Shown: positions 31,936 to 42,063, counted from the stretch's first letter. The stretch: 64,000 bases of DNA from Acidobacteriota bacterium (GCA_965217775.1 CBDCJH010000002.1:4768001-4832000); one strand, 5' to 3'. Numbers and translations: made by a program. Notes: generated from the sequence alone by a model not told the origin.

Positions 31936-32982
31936 ATGACGGAGCGGAATGATAGGCAGGAGGGACGCTTCCTGAGAGCTTGCCGGCTCCAGGAGGTGGA
32001 TTGCACTCCCGTCTGGGTGATGCGTCAGGCGGGCCGCTACCTGCCTGAATATCGGCGGTTGAGGGAACGTTACACGCTCCTGGAGATCTGCAGTAACCCG
32101 GAGTTGGCGGCCGAGGTGACCCTGCAGCCGATCCGGCGTTTCGATCTGGACGCGGCCATCATCTTCGCGGATATCCTCCTGCCGCTGAAGGGAATGGGCC
32201 TGGATTTCCGGTTCGCCGCGGGAGAGGGTCCCGTCATCTCCGAGCCGGTGCGGAGTCCGGAAGCGGTCCGGGCGCTCGACACCATGGATCCGTGGCAGCA
32301 CCTGCCCCACGTCATGGAAGCACTCCGCCTCGTGCGGCGGGAGTTGGACCCTGGACGGGCTCTGATCGGATTCTGCGGGGCGCCTTTCACTCTCGCCAGC
32401 TACATGATCCAAGGGGGCCGCTCCAAGAACTTCCAGGAGACCAAGAAGTTCATGTACGCGCATCCGGACGCCTGGAAGGAGCTGATGGGGAAGCTGGTGG
32501 AAGTGCAGGCCGCCTATCTGAATGCGCAGATCGACTCGGGAGCCCAGGCGGTCCAGCTCTTCGACAGTTGGGCCGGCTGTCTGGGTCCGGCCGACTACCG
32601 GGAATACGTCCTTCCCTTTTCTCGAGCGCTCTTCCAAGGGTTACGGCACCGGCGGGTCCCTCTGATCCACTTCGGCACCGGCACCGGCGCCCTCCTGGAG
32701 GACATGAATCAAGCGGGAGGAACGGTGTTGGGTGTCGATTGGCGGGTCGAACTCGGGCAGGTATGGCAACGCCTGGGTTCGGGTCAGGCCATCCAGGGGA
32801 ATCTGGACCCCCTCGCCCTGATGGCCCCCAGACCGATCCTGAAGCGGAAGGTGCGGGAGGTGCTGGCCCAGGCCCGGGGACGCCGGGGGCACATCTTCAA
32901 CCTGGGCCATGGCGTTTTGCCGCCCACCGATCCGGACGCCGTGGCGGCCATGGTGGACTGGGTCCGGGAGGAATCAAAGTGA
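31936..32982 (+). CDS. hemE: uroporphyrinogen decarboxylase
   Basis: PVWVMRQAGRYLPEY, QLFDSW, IFNLGHGV. Confidence 0.96.
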   Translation: MTERNDRQEGRFLRACRLQEVDCTPVWVMRQAGRYLPEYRRLRERYTLLEICSNPELAAEVTLQPIRRFDLDAAIIFADILLPLKGMGLDFRFAAGEGPVISEPVRSPEAVRALDTMDPWQHLPHVMEALRLVRRELDPGRALIGFCGAPFTLASYMIQGGRSKNFQETKKFMYAHPDAWKELMGKLVEVQAAYLNAQIDSGAQAVQLFDSWAGCLGPADYREYVLPFSRALFQGLRHRRVPLIHFGTGTGALLEDMNQAGGTVLGVDWRVELGQVWQRLGSGQAIQGNLDPLALMAPRPILKRKVREVLAQARGRRGHIFNLGHGVLPPTDPDAVAAMVDWVREESK

Positions 32983-33014
32983 TCGTTTTCGGCGGGGATT
33001 TCATCAAGAAAGGA

Positions 33015-33623
33015 ATGGACGTCCAACCGAGGACCCCGGCCGGCATTCTCCGATTTCGATTCGGGTGCATGATTCTGTTCCTGGTCCTCTTCGGCGGTAT
33101 GGAGCCGGGCGCAGCCGGCCCGGACTGCGAATCGATCCTTCCCGGTCTGAAGGTCCCAGCCAAGCTCAAGACCCGGGGAAAGCCGAAACGTGGACGCTGG
33201 GAGAACGTGGACAAGGTCATCACCCGGGTGCGGGAGGCCGTCCAGGACAAGGACTGTTCGCTGACCCTGGAGCAGTTGTTCCGGGTTCGCCGCCAAGAGA
33301 TCTTCTTTCCCTTGACCAACAACGTGCTCAGAACGATCCCGGAGGAATCCCTGCACGGTGTGTCCGTCTACTCCAACGACGCCGAGCGGCTGGGAGAATT
33401 TTCGAACATCGTGCCGTACCACCGCAGCGGAGGACTCTACGCCGTAAGGGGGTACACGCTGCACTATTTCCAATACCAGGATGCGGAGGGCGGCCTCCAC
33501 TCCAGCGGCACTGATCTACTGTTGGACAACTTTCTGCTAAAGTGGACCGAAATCAAGGATCGCGTCGTGATCTCCACTCCATCCCCGTCCGCAGGGGATC
33601 TCCAGCTTAGACAACGGCAATGA
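33015..33623 (+). CDS. hypothetical exported protein
   Basis: Hydrophobic N-terminal stretch and protein-like composition; fills the gap between hemE and the next gene; start uncertain. Confidence 0.6.
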   Translation: MDVQPRTPAGILRFRFGCMILFLVLFGGMEPGAAGPDCESILPGLKVPAKLKTRGKPKRGRWENVDKVITRVREAVQDKDCSLTLEQLFRVRRQEIFFPLTNNVLRTIPEESLHGVSVYSNDAERLGEFSNIVPYHRSGGLYAVRGYTLHYFQYQDAEGGLHSSGTDLLLDNFLLKWTEIKDRVVISTPSPSAGDLQLRQRQ

Positions 33624-34654
33624 GCAGACCGGTGCATCGATTTCCCGGCGATCAGGCAGGAAGGCTTCTCCTTTTCCTGTTCCTGTTCTGCTCCCAGGGA
33701 TGGGCCTGGACGCTGTTGGGGCAGGAAGCCGAATCCGGCACCACCAGAATCGCCTATGGCCGCGGATACGTGGACGGCCGCCGGTTGGGAGAAAGTGATC
33801 GGGCGGCTCAGCATTACTACGACATGGCCAACAAGCGAGCCTTCCAGCGGTTGGATCCGGGGTTCGATCCGGAGCGAGACGATCCCGACGTTTATCGAAA
33901 CGCCTATCGCCGCGGTTTCGAAGCCGGGTACGACGAGGGGTACTATCCCGACCGGCCGCGCTCCCGCCGGCGTGGCCCGGACTTGGAACCGGATGGCCCC
34001 GAGACCCGATCGCCGGCTGCGGCGGATTCGGAATCCAAACTCCGGGTCCCGGCCGGGACCGAGATTCGCATCCGAATGAAGGAACCGCTCACGACCAGAA
34101 CCCACAAAGTCGGCGATACTTTCTCAGCCCGGGTGATTCAGAGTATCGACGCCGGGAGGGGAAGGGCCATACCCAAGGGTGTCGAGGTGCGCGGCTCCAT
34201 CTCCCAATTGGTGCGGGCCGGCCGTATCCGGGGCCGGGCCCGGATGAACCTGCACTTCAAGGAGTTGCGCTTCAGAGACGGACGAGTGGTTCCCATGGAT
34301 GCCCAGATGGCTTCTGTGGTGGAGCCGCGCAAGAGGAGCGTCCCCGATGAAGAAGGCACGCTGGAGGAGCCTGGGGAAAAGGGCCGCGATGCCGGCAAGG
34401 TGGGGGCCTCATCCGCCATTGGTGCGCTGATCGGCCTGATCGGCGGCGGCAAGGAAGGGGTCGCCGTGGGGGCGGCCGCCGGAGCTGCAGTGGGAGCGGC
34501 CGGGATTCTGGTGACCCGGGGGAGGGACATCGTGATTCCGGTGGGAACTGAAATAGTCATTCGGCTGAGCAGGGATCTCGACATCCCCGCGTCGCGCCGG
34601 CCCCCTCCTCGTCGCCGCGAGGAGCATTTGCCCGCCAGCGACGACGCCCTATAA
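33620..34654 (+). CDS. exported protein with TrbI/VirB10-like beta domain and glycine zipper
   Basis: Signal peptide; YRRGFEAGYDEGY; VPAGTEIRIRM...GDTFSARV; GALIGLIGGGKEGVAVGAAAGA. Confidence 0.65.
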   Translation: MSRPVHRFPGDQAGRLLLFLFLFCSQGWAWTLLGQEAESGTTRIAYGRGYVDGRRLGESDRAAQHYYDMANKRAFQRLDPGFDPERDDPDVYRNAYRRGFEAGYDEGYYPDRPRSRRRGPDLEPDGPETRSPAAADSESKLRVPAGTEIRIRMKEPLTTRTHKVGDTFSARVIQSIDAGRGRAIPKGVEVRGSISQLVRAGRIRGRARMNLHFKELRFRDGRVVPMDAQMASVVEPRKRSVPDEEGTLEEPGEKGRDAGKVGASSAIGALIGLIGGGKEGVAVGAAAGAAVGAAGILVTRGRDIVIPVGTEIVIRLSRDLDIPASRRPPPRRREEHLPASDDAL

Positions 34655-34792
34655 CCCGCATTTCTCACCAGGCCGCTATGCTTATGCTGAAAAAGAATTC
34701 ATTTTTCAGCATTTACCCGGCTATTGCCAAGGTCTCTCAGGGACAGACTGCGCTGGGCGCGATCATCGCGCCCCCTGGTGAGAAATGCGGGT
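34654..34792. mobile_element. MITE family B, copy 1
   Basis: TIR ACCCGCATTTCTCACCAGG / CCTGGTGAGAAATGCGGGT; homologous to 61477-61718. Confidence 0.85.
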
Positions 34793-34839
34793 ATTAGGCT
34801 GAAGACTCTTCAAATCCCAAGCGCCAAACTCCCAGCAGA

Positions 34840-36735
34840 TCAGGCGACGTATTCGGCCAGGAATTCCTGCAGCGCTTCCAGGTAGGTCTCGATCGTCCGC
34901 GACTTCCTCCAACCGTGCCCTTCACCGGCGAAGCGATGGTAGATATGGGGCACTCCCCGCCCCGCCAGAGCTTCGGCGATCCGGTCCGATTGGCTGGGGG
35001 GCACGACTTCGTCGTCTTCGCCCTGAAAGAGTGCGACCGGATCCCGGATCGACCCGGCCCGCCCCAACGGCGAGCGGTCCCGGTAGACGGACTCGTCCCG
35101 GGGGAGGAGGCCCACCAACGAGTCCAGGTAGTGCGCCTCGAACTTGTGCGTCTCCTGAGCCAGGGCGAGTAGATCGGAGACGCCGTAGAGGCAGACTCCG
35201 GCTCGGAACAGGCCCGGATAGCGGATCAGGCACAACAATACGGTGAGCCCCCCGGCACTGCCTCCCAAGACGACGAGCCGATCCGGGTCGGCCTTCCCGC
35301 TGGAGACCAGGTATTCGGCAGCGGACCGGGCATCCTCGACATCGGCCACTCCCCATCGACCCTTCAAGGCATCCCGATAAACGCGGCCGTAACCGGAGCT
35401 GCCCCGGTAGTTGAGATCCAGAACCGCGAATCCCCGGCTGGTCAGGAAAGGGATTTCGAAACGGTATTCGACCAGGGCCTGGGAGGTGGGACCACCATGG
35501 ACGCGAATGACCGCGGGGGCCGGAGCCGTTCGCCGGTACGCGGGATTTCGAGGACGGTAGAACAAACCTTGACAGTCCGGGGGTTGCGGAAGGTCGACCT
35601 CTGACCCCACGCTCCAGGAAAGGGGACGGGGATGGCCCAGATAGACTGCTTCCGGCGGTTCCGGAGTCACCTTGGACCAGATCGAGACCGCTCCATGAGC
35701 TGAAACCGTGAGGACCCGCGGCGGAAGCAGCGGGGAGGAGCCAACGAGTGCGATCCGCTCACCGTCCGGGGCCGGCGAGAGTTGGCTCAACGCCGAATAG
35801 CGGGAGAGGTTGCCATCAACCGGTTGGGATCGCCTCTCCTCCAGGTCCACCCGCACCAGCGTTGCGCGGCCCCGACTCAGCCGAATCGCGTAGACGGCAT
35901 CGGCCGACGGGGTCCAGGCGTGGGACCTGAGCCCCTGGATCCAAGCCGGACCGGCGTACTCCGCAGTATCCCGGACCAACGCCCGAAGCGATTCCTTCTC
36001 CAGATCGTAGAGCCAGAGATTGAACCAGCCTTCCCGATCGGAGACGAAGCTCAGGTAGCGGCCGTCCGGGGAAAAGGAGGGTTGGAAGACGGCGACGGAG
36101 CCCGCGGGATCGCCGGCCACCAGCGTCGGTTCCGGTCCATCTCCGGCTGCTGCTCCGGAGCCGATCTCGCCCAGGTAGAGGCCGCTCCCGTCCCAAGGCA
36201 TGTTGGGATGATCCCACGCGGTCCACGCGACCCGGCGGCCGTCCGGATGCCAGGCCGGCTGCATGTAGAAGTCGCGGCCGGACGCAAATTGAACGGGCCA
36301 GCCGGAACCGACCGTCCTCGCCAGCCCGAGGCAGTCGATTCCGTCGCTGAAATGGACATAGACCAGCCTGCGCCCGCCCGGAGATACGGACGGCGCCGCC
36401 GCCTGACCCCACGGAGGCGTAACGGGCACCGATTCCCCTCCGTCCAGCCGGTGGCGAAATATCCTCCCCCCGGAGACGAAAAAGACCTGGTGGCCGGACA
36501 CCGAAAAGTCGCCGCCGCCGTATCCCACCCGGGCTCGGACAGAACACTCCAAGGCCAGGTCCCGGGGCGGGGTCCGGAGGGAATCGCGAACCACCAGGAC
36601 GCCTGTCCCGGAACGTTCTTCCCTCCAGACGAGACCTCCGGAGGCGGTCCATTGGACGTCACTCGGCCGGATCCGTGCCGCCCCATGGCTTGGAGCAATA
36701 GGACTCTTCCACAGTTCACCCGGGCCTCGCATCAT
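34840..36735 (-). CDS. S9 family peptidase (prolyl oligopeptidase / acylaminoacyl peptidase)
   Basis: HGGPT, NYRGSSGYG, GGSAGG, GEGHGW. Confidence 0.92.
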   Translation of the reverse strand: MMRGPGELWKSPIAPSHGAARIRPSDVQWTASGGLVWREERSGTGVLVVRDSLRTPPRDLALECSVRARVGYGGGDFSVSGHQVFFVSGGRIFRHRLDGGESVPVTPPWGQAAAPSVSPGGRRLVYVHFSDGIDCLGLARTVGSGWPVQFASGRDFYMQPAWHPDGRRVAWTAWDHPNMPWDGSGLYLGEIGSGAAAGDGPEPTLVAGDPAGSVAVFQPSFSPDGRYLSFVSDREGWFNLWLYDLEKESLRALVRDTAEYAGPAWIQGLRSHAWTPSADAVYAIRLSRGRATLVRVDLEERRSQPVDGNLSRYSALSQLSPAPDGERIALVGSSPLLPPRVLTVSAHGAVSIWSKVTPEPPEAVYLGHPRPLSWSVGSEVDLPQPPDCQGLFYRPRNPAYRRTAPAPAVIRVHGGPTSQALVEYRFEIPFLTSRGFAVLDLNYRGSSGYGRVYRDALKGRWGVADVEDARSAAEYLVSSGKADPDRLVVLGGSAGGLTVLLCLIRYPGLFRAGVCLYGVSDLLALAQETHKFEAHYLDSLVGLLPRDESVYRDRSPLGRAGSIRDPVALFQGEDDEVVPPSQSDRIAEALAGRGVPHIYHRFAGEGHGWRKSRTIETYLEALQEFLAEYVA

Positions 36736-36869
36736 CCGGATTCCAACGTCGAGTCTCGGCGCACCGGCAGAAACCTGCCTCCCCTGCCTTGCCTCTCTTT
36801 ACCCTTTCCTCTTTACTCTTCTTCCCGGGGCCTTGAACTGGGCCCATTGTATGGTGTTTCATATCGGCG

Positions 36870-38054
36870 ATGAAGATTCACGAGTTCCAAGCCAAGAAGA
36901 TTCTGGCACGGTACGGAGTCAGGATTCCAAAGGGAAAGGTCACCCAAAGTCCCGCCGAAGCCTTTGAAATCGCGCGGTCTCTGGGAGGCGTCGTGGCGGT
37001 CAAGGCCCAGGTCCATGCCGGGGGCCGCGGCAAGGGCGGAGGCGTCAAGATCGTCCGCTCTCCGGAAGCGGCCGAGCGACACACTCGAGAAATGCTGGGG
37101 TCCCGGCTCGTGACTCCCCAGACCGGCCCGGAGGGAACCCGGGTGCGTCAGGTCTTGATCGAGGAAGGGCTGGATATCCGGCGGGAGTTCTATCTGGGTA
37201 TGGTCATTGACCGGAGCCGGGAGCGGCCGGTGCTCATGGCCAGCACCGAAGGGGGCATGGAAATCGAGGAGGTGGCCCGGAAGACACCGGAATTGATTCT
37301 GAAGGAGCATGTGGATCCGGCCTTGGGACTCCAGGGCTTCCAGGGAAGGAATCTGGCCTACGGCCTCGGGCTGGAGAAGAAAGCCGTGGGCCGCGCCGCC
37401 GGGTTCATGAAGGCACTCTCCGAAGCCTTTGCCGCGACGGACGCCTCACTGGTGGAGATCAACCCGTTGGTGCTGACCGGTGACGGAGATTTCTATGCTC
37501 TGGACGCCAAAATGAACTTCGACGACAACGCCCTCTACCGGCACCCGGAGCTGAGGGAGCTGCGCGACTATCATGAAGAGGAACCGCTGGAGATCCTGGC
37601 CCACCGTTCCGGCCTGAGCTACATCAAGCTGGATGGAAACGTCGGCTGCATGGTCAACGGCGCCGGATTGGCCATGGCCACCATGGACATCATCAAGTTG
37701 GCCGGCGGCAGCCCCGCCAACTTTCTGGATGTGGGGGGCGGCGCCAGCGTTCAGCAGGTGAAAACGGCGTTCGAGATCCTGATTTCCGACCCCAGCGTCC
37801 GTTCCGTGCTGATCAACATCTTCGGCGGAATCATGCGCTGTGACACCCTGGCCGAGGGAGTGGTCCAGGCTGCGCGCGAGGTGGGTGTCGGCGTTCCGGT
37901 GGTGGTGCGGCTCGAGGGCACCAACGTCGAGCGAGGCAGGGAGATCCTCCGTGACTCGGGTCTGGATTTCGAAGTCGCGTATGGAATGCAGGATGCAGCC
38001 GAGAAGGTCTGTCGCCTGGCCGGCGCGGCTGCCCAAACATCGGAGAATAGTTGA
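36870..38054 (+). CDS. sucC: succinyl-CoA synthetase beta
   Basis: MKIHEFQAK, GGRGKGGGV, NGAGLAMATMD. Confidence 0.97.
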   Translation: MKIHEFQAKKILARYGVRIPKGKVTQSPAEAFEIARSLGGVVAVKAQVHAGGRGKGGGVKIVRSPEAAERHTREMLGSRLVTPQTGPEGTRVRQVLIEEGLDIRREFYLGMVIDRSRERPVLMASTEGGMEIEEVARKTPELILKEHVDPALGLQGFQGRNLAYGLGLEKKAVGRAAGFMKALSEAFAATDASLVEINPLVLTGDGDFYALDAKMNFDDNALYRHPELRELRDYHEEEPLEILAHRSGLSYIKLDGNVGCMVNGAGLAMATMDIIKLAGGSPANFLDVGGGASVQQVKTAFEILISDPSVRSVLINIFGGIMRCDTLAEGVVQAAREVGVGVPVVVRLEGTNVERGREILRDSGLDFEVAYGMQDAAEKVCRLAGAAAQTSENS

Positions 38055-38924
38055 GTGTCAATCTGGGTCGATTCGACAACCCGAGTCGTGGTTCAGGGCA
38101 TCACGGGCCGTGAGGGCAGCTTTCATGCGGCCCAGTGCCGCAGCTACGGCACTCAGGTGGTCGCGGGCGTCACTCCCGGCAAGGGAGGTTCCCGGCACGA
38201 CGGCCTTCCCGTCTACAACACGGTCCGGGAAGCCGTCGCCGAGGAGGGAGCCAACGCCAGCGTGATCTTCGTGCCGCCCCCGTTTGCGGCTGACGCCATT
38301 CTGGAGGCGGCCGACGCCGATCTGGATCTGGTGGTCTGCATCACCGAGGGAATACCGGCACGGGACATGTTGCAGGTCTGCAGTTTCCTCAGGGGAGGGA
38401 AAACGCGCCTCATCGGCCCCAACTGTCCCGGAATCATCTCTCCGGGGCAGTGCAAGATCGGGATCATGCCGGGGCACATCCATCGTCCGGGAAGGGTCGG
38501 ATGTATTTCCCGGAGCGGCACCCTGACCTACGAGGCGGTGGACCAGCTCTCCTCCAGGGGCATCGGACAGAGCACCTGCATCGGAATCGGCGGCGATCCC
38601 CTCATCGGGACCGGATTCATCGATGTCCTGGAGGCTTTCGCCAAGGACCCGGATACGGACGCGGTGGTCCTGATCGGGGAAATCGGCGGTAGCGCGGAAG
38701 AGGAGGCGGCGGAGTACATCAGGGATCACTTCCGGAAACCGGTGGTCGGATTCATCGCCGGGCAGACGGCGCCACCCGGCCGCCGCATGGGCCACGCCGG
38801 CGCCATCATCTCCCAGGGCAAGGGGACGGCGGCGGAAAAGATGGAGACGATGCGGCGGTGCGGCGTTCGGGTGTTGGAGAGTCCGGCCCAGATCGGCGCT
38901 GCCATGGAGGAAGCCCTGGGATGA
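38055..38924 (+). CDS. sucD: succinyl-CoA synthetase alpha
   Basis: QGITG, IGPNCPG, RMGHAGA. Confidence 0.97.
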   Translation: MSIWVDSTTRVVVQGITGREGSFHAAQCRSYGTQVVAGVTPGKGGSRHDGLPVYNTVREAVAEEGANASVIFVPPPFAADAILEAADADLDLVVCITEGIPARDMLQVCSFLRGGKTRLIGPNCPGIISPGQCKIGIMPGHIHRPGRVGCISRSGTLTYEAVDQLSSRGIGQSTCIGIGGDPLIGTGFIDVLEAFAKDPDTDAVVLIGEIGGSAEEEAAEYIRDHFRKPVVGFIAGQTAPPGRRMGHAGAIISQGKGTAAEKMETMRRCGVRVLESPAQIGAAMEEALG

Positions 38925-39340
38925 GCCAGTCCACCTTGGGCATCGTCAAGCCGGACGCGGTAAAGGCCGGGTCCCTGGGCGCCATTCTGAAGCGGCTCGA
39001 AGCCGGTGGTCTGACGGTGGTCGGTTTGAAGATGATCCACCTGACCCGGGAGCTGGCGCAGGGTTTCTATCGGGTGCACCGAAACCGGCCTTTCTTCGAC
39101 AGCTTGACGGCCTTCATGTCGGAGGGTCCCTGCGTGGTCATGGTTCTCCAGGGAGAAAACGCCATCGATCGTTGGCGAGCCCTGTTGGGCGCCACCGACC
39201 CGGCCCGAGCCGGTGAGGGCACGATCCGCAAGGACTTCGGCCAGAACATCGAACGCAACGCCGCCCACGGCTCCGACAGCCCCGAATCGGCAGACTTCGA
39301 GATCGCCTACTTCTTCAACGCGTTGGAACTCACCGGCTAG
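38921..39340 (+). CDS. ndk: nucleoside diphosphate kinase
   Basis: [20 protein letters not shown]. Confidence 0.96.
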   Translation: MSQSTLGIVKPDAVKAGSLGAILKRLEAGGLTVVGLKMIHLTRELAQGFYRVHRNRPFFDSLTAFMSEGPCVVMVLQGENAIDRWRALLGATDPARAGEGTIRKDFGQNIERNAAHGSDSPESADFEIAYFFNALELTG

Positions 39341-39498
39341 GAGTCTGCGCCGTAGGAATGATCGTAGCGAAAAAGTGGGGAATCGAGGCCAGATTTTCTC
39401 GATTTGGAGGTGCATAGTCGTTCTATTCGCCGAGAAATCGAGGAAATATGGACCGATTCACCGCTTTCGCAGTAGATCAATTTCTACGGCGCAGACTC
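39341..39498. mobile_element. MITE family C
   Basis: TIR GAGTCTGCGCCGTAG / CTACGGCGCAGACTC flanked by duplicated CTAG; interior largely palindromic. Confidence 0.85.
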
Positions 39499-39509
39499 CT
39501 AGGACCCCC

Positions 39510-39731
39510 ATGTTTCAAGACCTGGGAAAAGTCCTGATCTTCCTGGGCTTGGCCCTGGCGGCGGTGGGCTTGTTGCTGACCTGGTTTCCATCGCTGCGGC
39601 TGGGACGACTTCCCGGGGACCTTTTCGTTCGACGCGAAAACTGGAGCCTGCACTTTCCCCTGGTCACCTGCTTGCTGGCGAGCGTCGTCCTGACTCTGGT
39701 CTTCTGGCTGATCCAGTGGCTCCGCCGTTAA
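39510..39731 (+). CDS. DUF2905-family small membrane protein
   Basis: LGRLPGDLFV...FPLVTCLLASVVLTL. Confidence 0.85.
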   Translation: MFQDLGKVLIFLGLALAAVGLLLTWFPSLRLGRLPGDLFVRRENWSLHFPLVTCLLASVVLTLVFWLIQWLRR

Positions 39732-39889
39732 CAGCCCGTGGCAAAAGTCATCACGGCATTCGACCGTCCCTGCATCCCGGCGGACGGCGTTGCGATTCGG
39801 GCACATACTCCCGGTATGCACCCGAATCGCGCCTTGTCCGGCGGGCGCAGGAACGGTCTCGGTGCTCGCGGGACTTTCACCACGGACTG
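39732..39889 (+). mobile_element. MITE family A, copy 3
   Basis: Same TIRs as copy 1; TTAA duplicated at 39728-39731 and 39890-39893. Confidence 0.85.
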
Positions 39890-39892
39890 TTA

Positions 39893-40915
39893 ATGTCCCC
39901 TGATCGGACCATTACCTTCGCCCGGTTCATGGAGCTTTGCCTCTATGATCCGGAAGCAGGCTACTACCGGCGTGGATCCAAGGTCTTCGGTCCCGGCGGA
40001 GACTACTACACCTCTCCCTATACCCACCCCTTGTTCGCCCAGATCCTGGGAGACGCTCTGGCCTGGTATCTGTCCTGTCTGGACGCGGATGGACCTTTGG
40101 ACCTCATCGAGCTGGGGGCCGGTGAGGGAATTTTGGGAAAGGGCGTGCTGGTTCGGCTGGAGAACCGGCATCCCCGGATCTTCGCACGCGTCCGATACCG
40201 GAGCCTGGAGATTGGAGACGACGGCCTGCCGGAGCGAATCCATGGCGTGGTCTTCTCCAACGAACTGTTCGACGCGTTGCCGGTGCACCGGGTGCGGGTC
40301 TCTCAAACGGAATTGAAGGAGATTTTCGTCCGCTTGGGCGAGCCCATTGCCGAGGTGGAGGGAGAACTCTCCGATCCGCGCATCCTGGAGTACATGCGAC
40401 TCGGATTTCCCCGGTGGCGGGAGGGAGACGTCTACGAGGCGAATCTCCGGATGGTGGAAATCCTGGAAGACCTGGACTGCCGCTTGCAACGGGGTTTCGT
40501 CCTGACCCTGGATTACGGATTCGAGGCCCCGGAGTACGAGGCCATGGCCCGGAGGGACGGAACGCTGCTCTGCTACCATCGCCACCGGGTTCATTCCGAC
40601 CCCTACGTCAATCTGGGCCGTCAGGACCTGACCTCCCACGTCAATTTTCGAGTCTTTCGCGAGACGGCCCGGCGGCTGGGTTGGACCAATCGTCCGCTCC
40701 GAAACCAGCGCCAGTTTCTGATGAAATGGGGCTTGGAGGCCCGGTTGCTGGAAGAGGAGAGGATGGGCCTCCTGCAGGCGGAAAGATTGGAGGATCGGCT
40801 CGGAATCAAGGCCCTCGTCGCTCCCGGGGGAATCTCCGATACGCTCAAGGTGCAGGTGCAGGTGGTCCGCCTCTCGACGGACGGAGGGTTCAACTTTGGA
40901 CCAAGCGGGATCTGA
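39893..40915 (+). CDS. SAM-dependent methyltransferase (MidA/NDUFAF7 family)
   Basis: ITFARFMELCLYDP.AGYY, GDYYTSP, IELGAGEG, SNELFDALP, QDLTSHVNF. Confidence 0.9.
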   Translation: MSPDRTITFARFMELCLYDPEAGYYRRGSKVFGPGGDYYTSPYTHPLFAQILGDALAWYLSCLDADGPLDLIELGAGEGILGKGVLVRLENRHPRIFARVRYRSLEIGDDGLPERIHGVVFSNELFDALPVHRVRVSQTELKEIFVRLGEPIAEVEGELSDPRILEYMRLGFPRWREGDVYEANLRMVEILEDLDCRLQRGFVLTLDYGFEAPEYEAMARRDGTLLCYHRHRVHSDPYVNLGRQDLTSHVNFRVFRETARRLGWTNRPLRNQRQFLMKWGLEARLLEEERMGLLQAERLEDRLGIKALVAPGGISDTLKVQVQVVRLSTDGGFNFGPSGI

Positions 40916-40955
40916 TACAATCCGGTTTCCGCGCCGGAGGTTGTCGGGGAGTGGA

Positions 40956-41032
40956 TGGTGGGCGATACTGGATTCGAACCAGTGACCTCCGCCGTGTGAA
41001 GACGGCGCTCTAACCAGCTGAGCTAATCGCCC
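40956..41032 (-). tRNA. tRNA-Val(CAC)
   Basis: GGGCGATTAGCTCAG...CCGTC TT CAC AC GGCGG...GGTTCGAATCC...CCA. Confidence 0.93.
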
Positions 41033-41067
41033 GAAACAGGGAACTCATTCTAGAAAGTCGAGTCGAA

Positions 41068-42063
41068 GTGAGTCAACTACTGGATCTGATCATCATCGGC
41101 GCCGGACCGGCGGGTCTGGCCTGCGCCATCGAGGCCCGGCAACGGGGTCTGGATTTCTGGGTGGTGGAGCGAGGCTGCCTCGTCAACTCCATCTACAGAT
41201 ATCCGGTCAACATGACCTTCTTCACCACGGCCGATCTTCTGGAAATCGGCGACGTGCCCATGATCATCTCCGCCGACAAGCCCAAGCGGATCGACGGTCT
41301 CAAGTACTATCGCCGGGTCGTGGAGCACTATCAGCTTCCCATTCGGGACTACGAGGAGGTCCTCGCGGTCCAGGGAAGCCGGGGGGACTTCGTGGTGAAT
41401 ACACGGGACCGGCTGGGAAACTCGCACGACTATCACACCCGCCGGATCGTGGTGGCCACGGGCTACTACGACAACCCCAACCTGCTGGGAATTCCAGGCG
41501 AGAACCTGCCCAAGGTCAGCCACTACTACACGGACCCCCATCCCTACTACGGCAAGAACGTGGCCGTCATCGGGGGGAACAACTCCGCGGCCGAGGCGGC
41601 CCTGGAGCTGTTCCGAAGCGGATCGAGAGTGACGTTGATTCACCGGGGCGAGCGCGTGGGAAGCAAAATCAAATATTGGGTGCTTCCCGACATCGAGAAT
41701 CGCATCAAGAACGGAGAGATCCCTGCTCTTTTCTCCAGTCGCGTGGTGGAGATCCGGCCGCAGAAGATCGCGGTCGAGACGCCCGGCGGAATCGTGGAAC
41801 TGGCCAACGACTTCGTCCTGGCCATGACCGGCTATCATCCCGACTCCGGTTTTCTCCGGCAGATGGGAATCCGGGTCGAACCGGAGACCCACATTCCCGA
41901 CCACGATCCCGAGACCCTGGAAACCAACGTCGCCGGCATCTATCTGGCCGGCTCCATCTGCGCCGGGAAGATGACGAACCGCATCTTCATCGAGAACGGG
42001 CGCTTCCACGGCGGCCAGATCTTCAGCCACTGGAACGTTTCCGCACCGGCGGCGGTAGATTGA
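41068..42063 (+). CDS. YpdA-family putative thiol-disulfide reductase
   Basis: IGAGPAG, NSIYRYP.NMTFF, ATGYYD, IKYWV.PDIENRI, FIENGRFHG. Confidence 0.88.
   Translation: MSQLLDLIIIGAGPAGLACAIEARQRGLDFWVVERGCLVNSIYRYPVNMTFFTTADLLEIGDVPMIISADKPKRIDGLKYYRRVVEHYQLPIRDYEEVLAVQGSRGDFVVNTRDRLGNSHDYHTRRIVVATGYYDNPNLLGIPGENLPKVSHYYTDPHPYYGKNVAVIGGNNSAAEAALELFRSGSRVTLIHRGERVGSKIKYWVLPDIENRIKNGEIPALFSSRVVEIRPQKIAVETPGGIVELANDFVLAMTGYHPDSGFLRQMGIRVEPETHIPDHDPETLETNVAGIYLAGSICAGKMTNRIFIENGRFHGGQIFSHWNVSAPAAVD

Noticed and set aside
40956-41032. TCA in the anticodon region suggesting tRNA-Sec or an opal suppressor
   Set aside because: The canonical 5-bp stem and 7-nt loop give TT-CAC-AC (Val); there is no long variable arm
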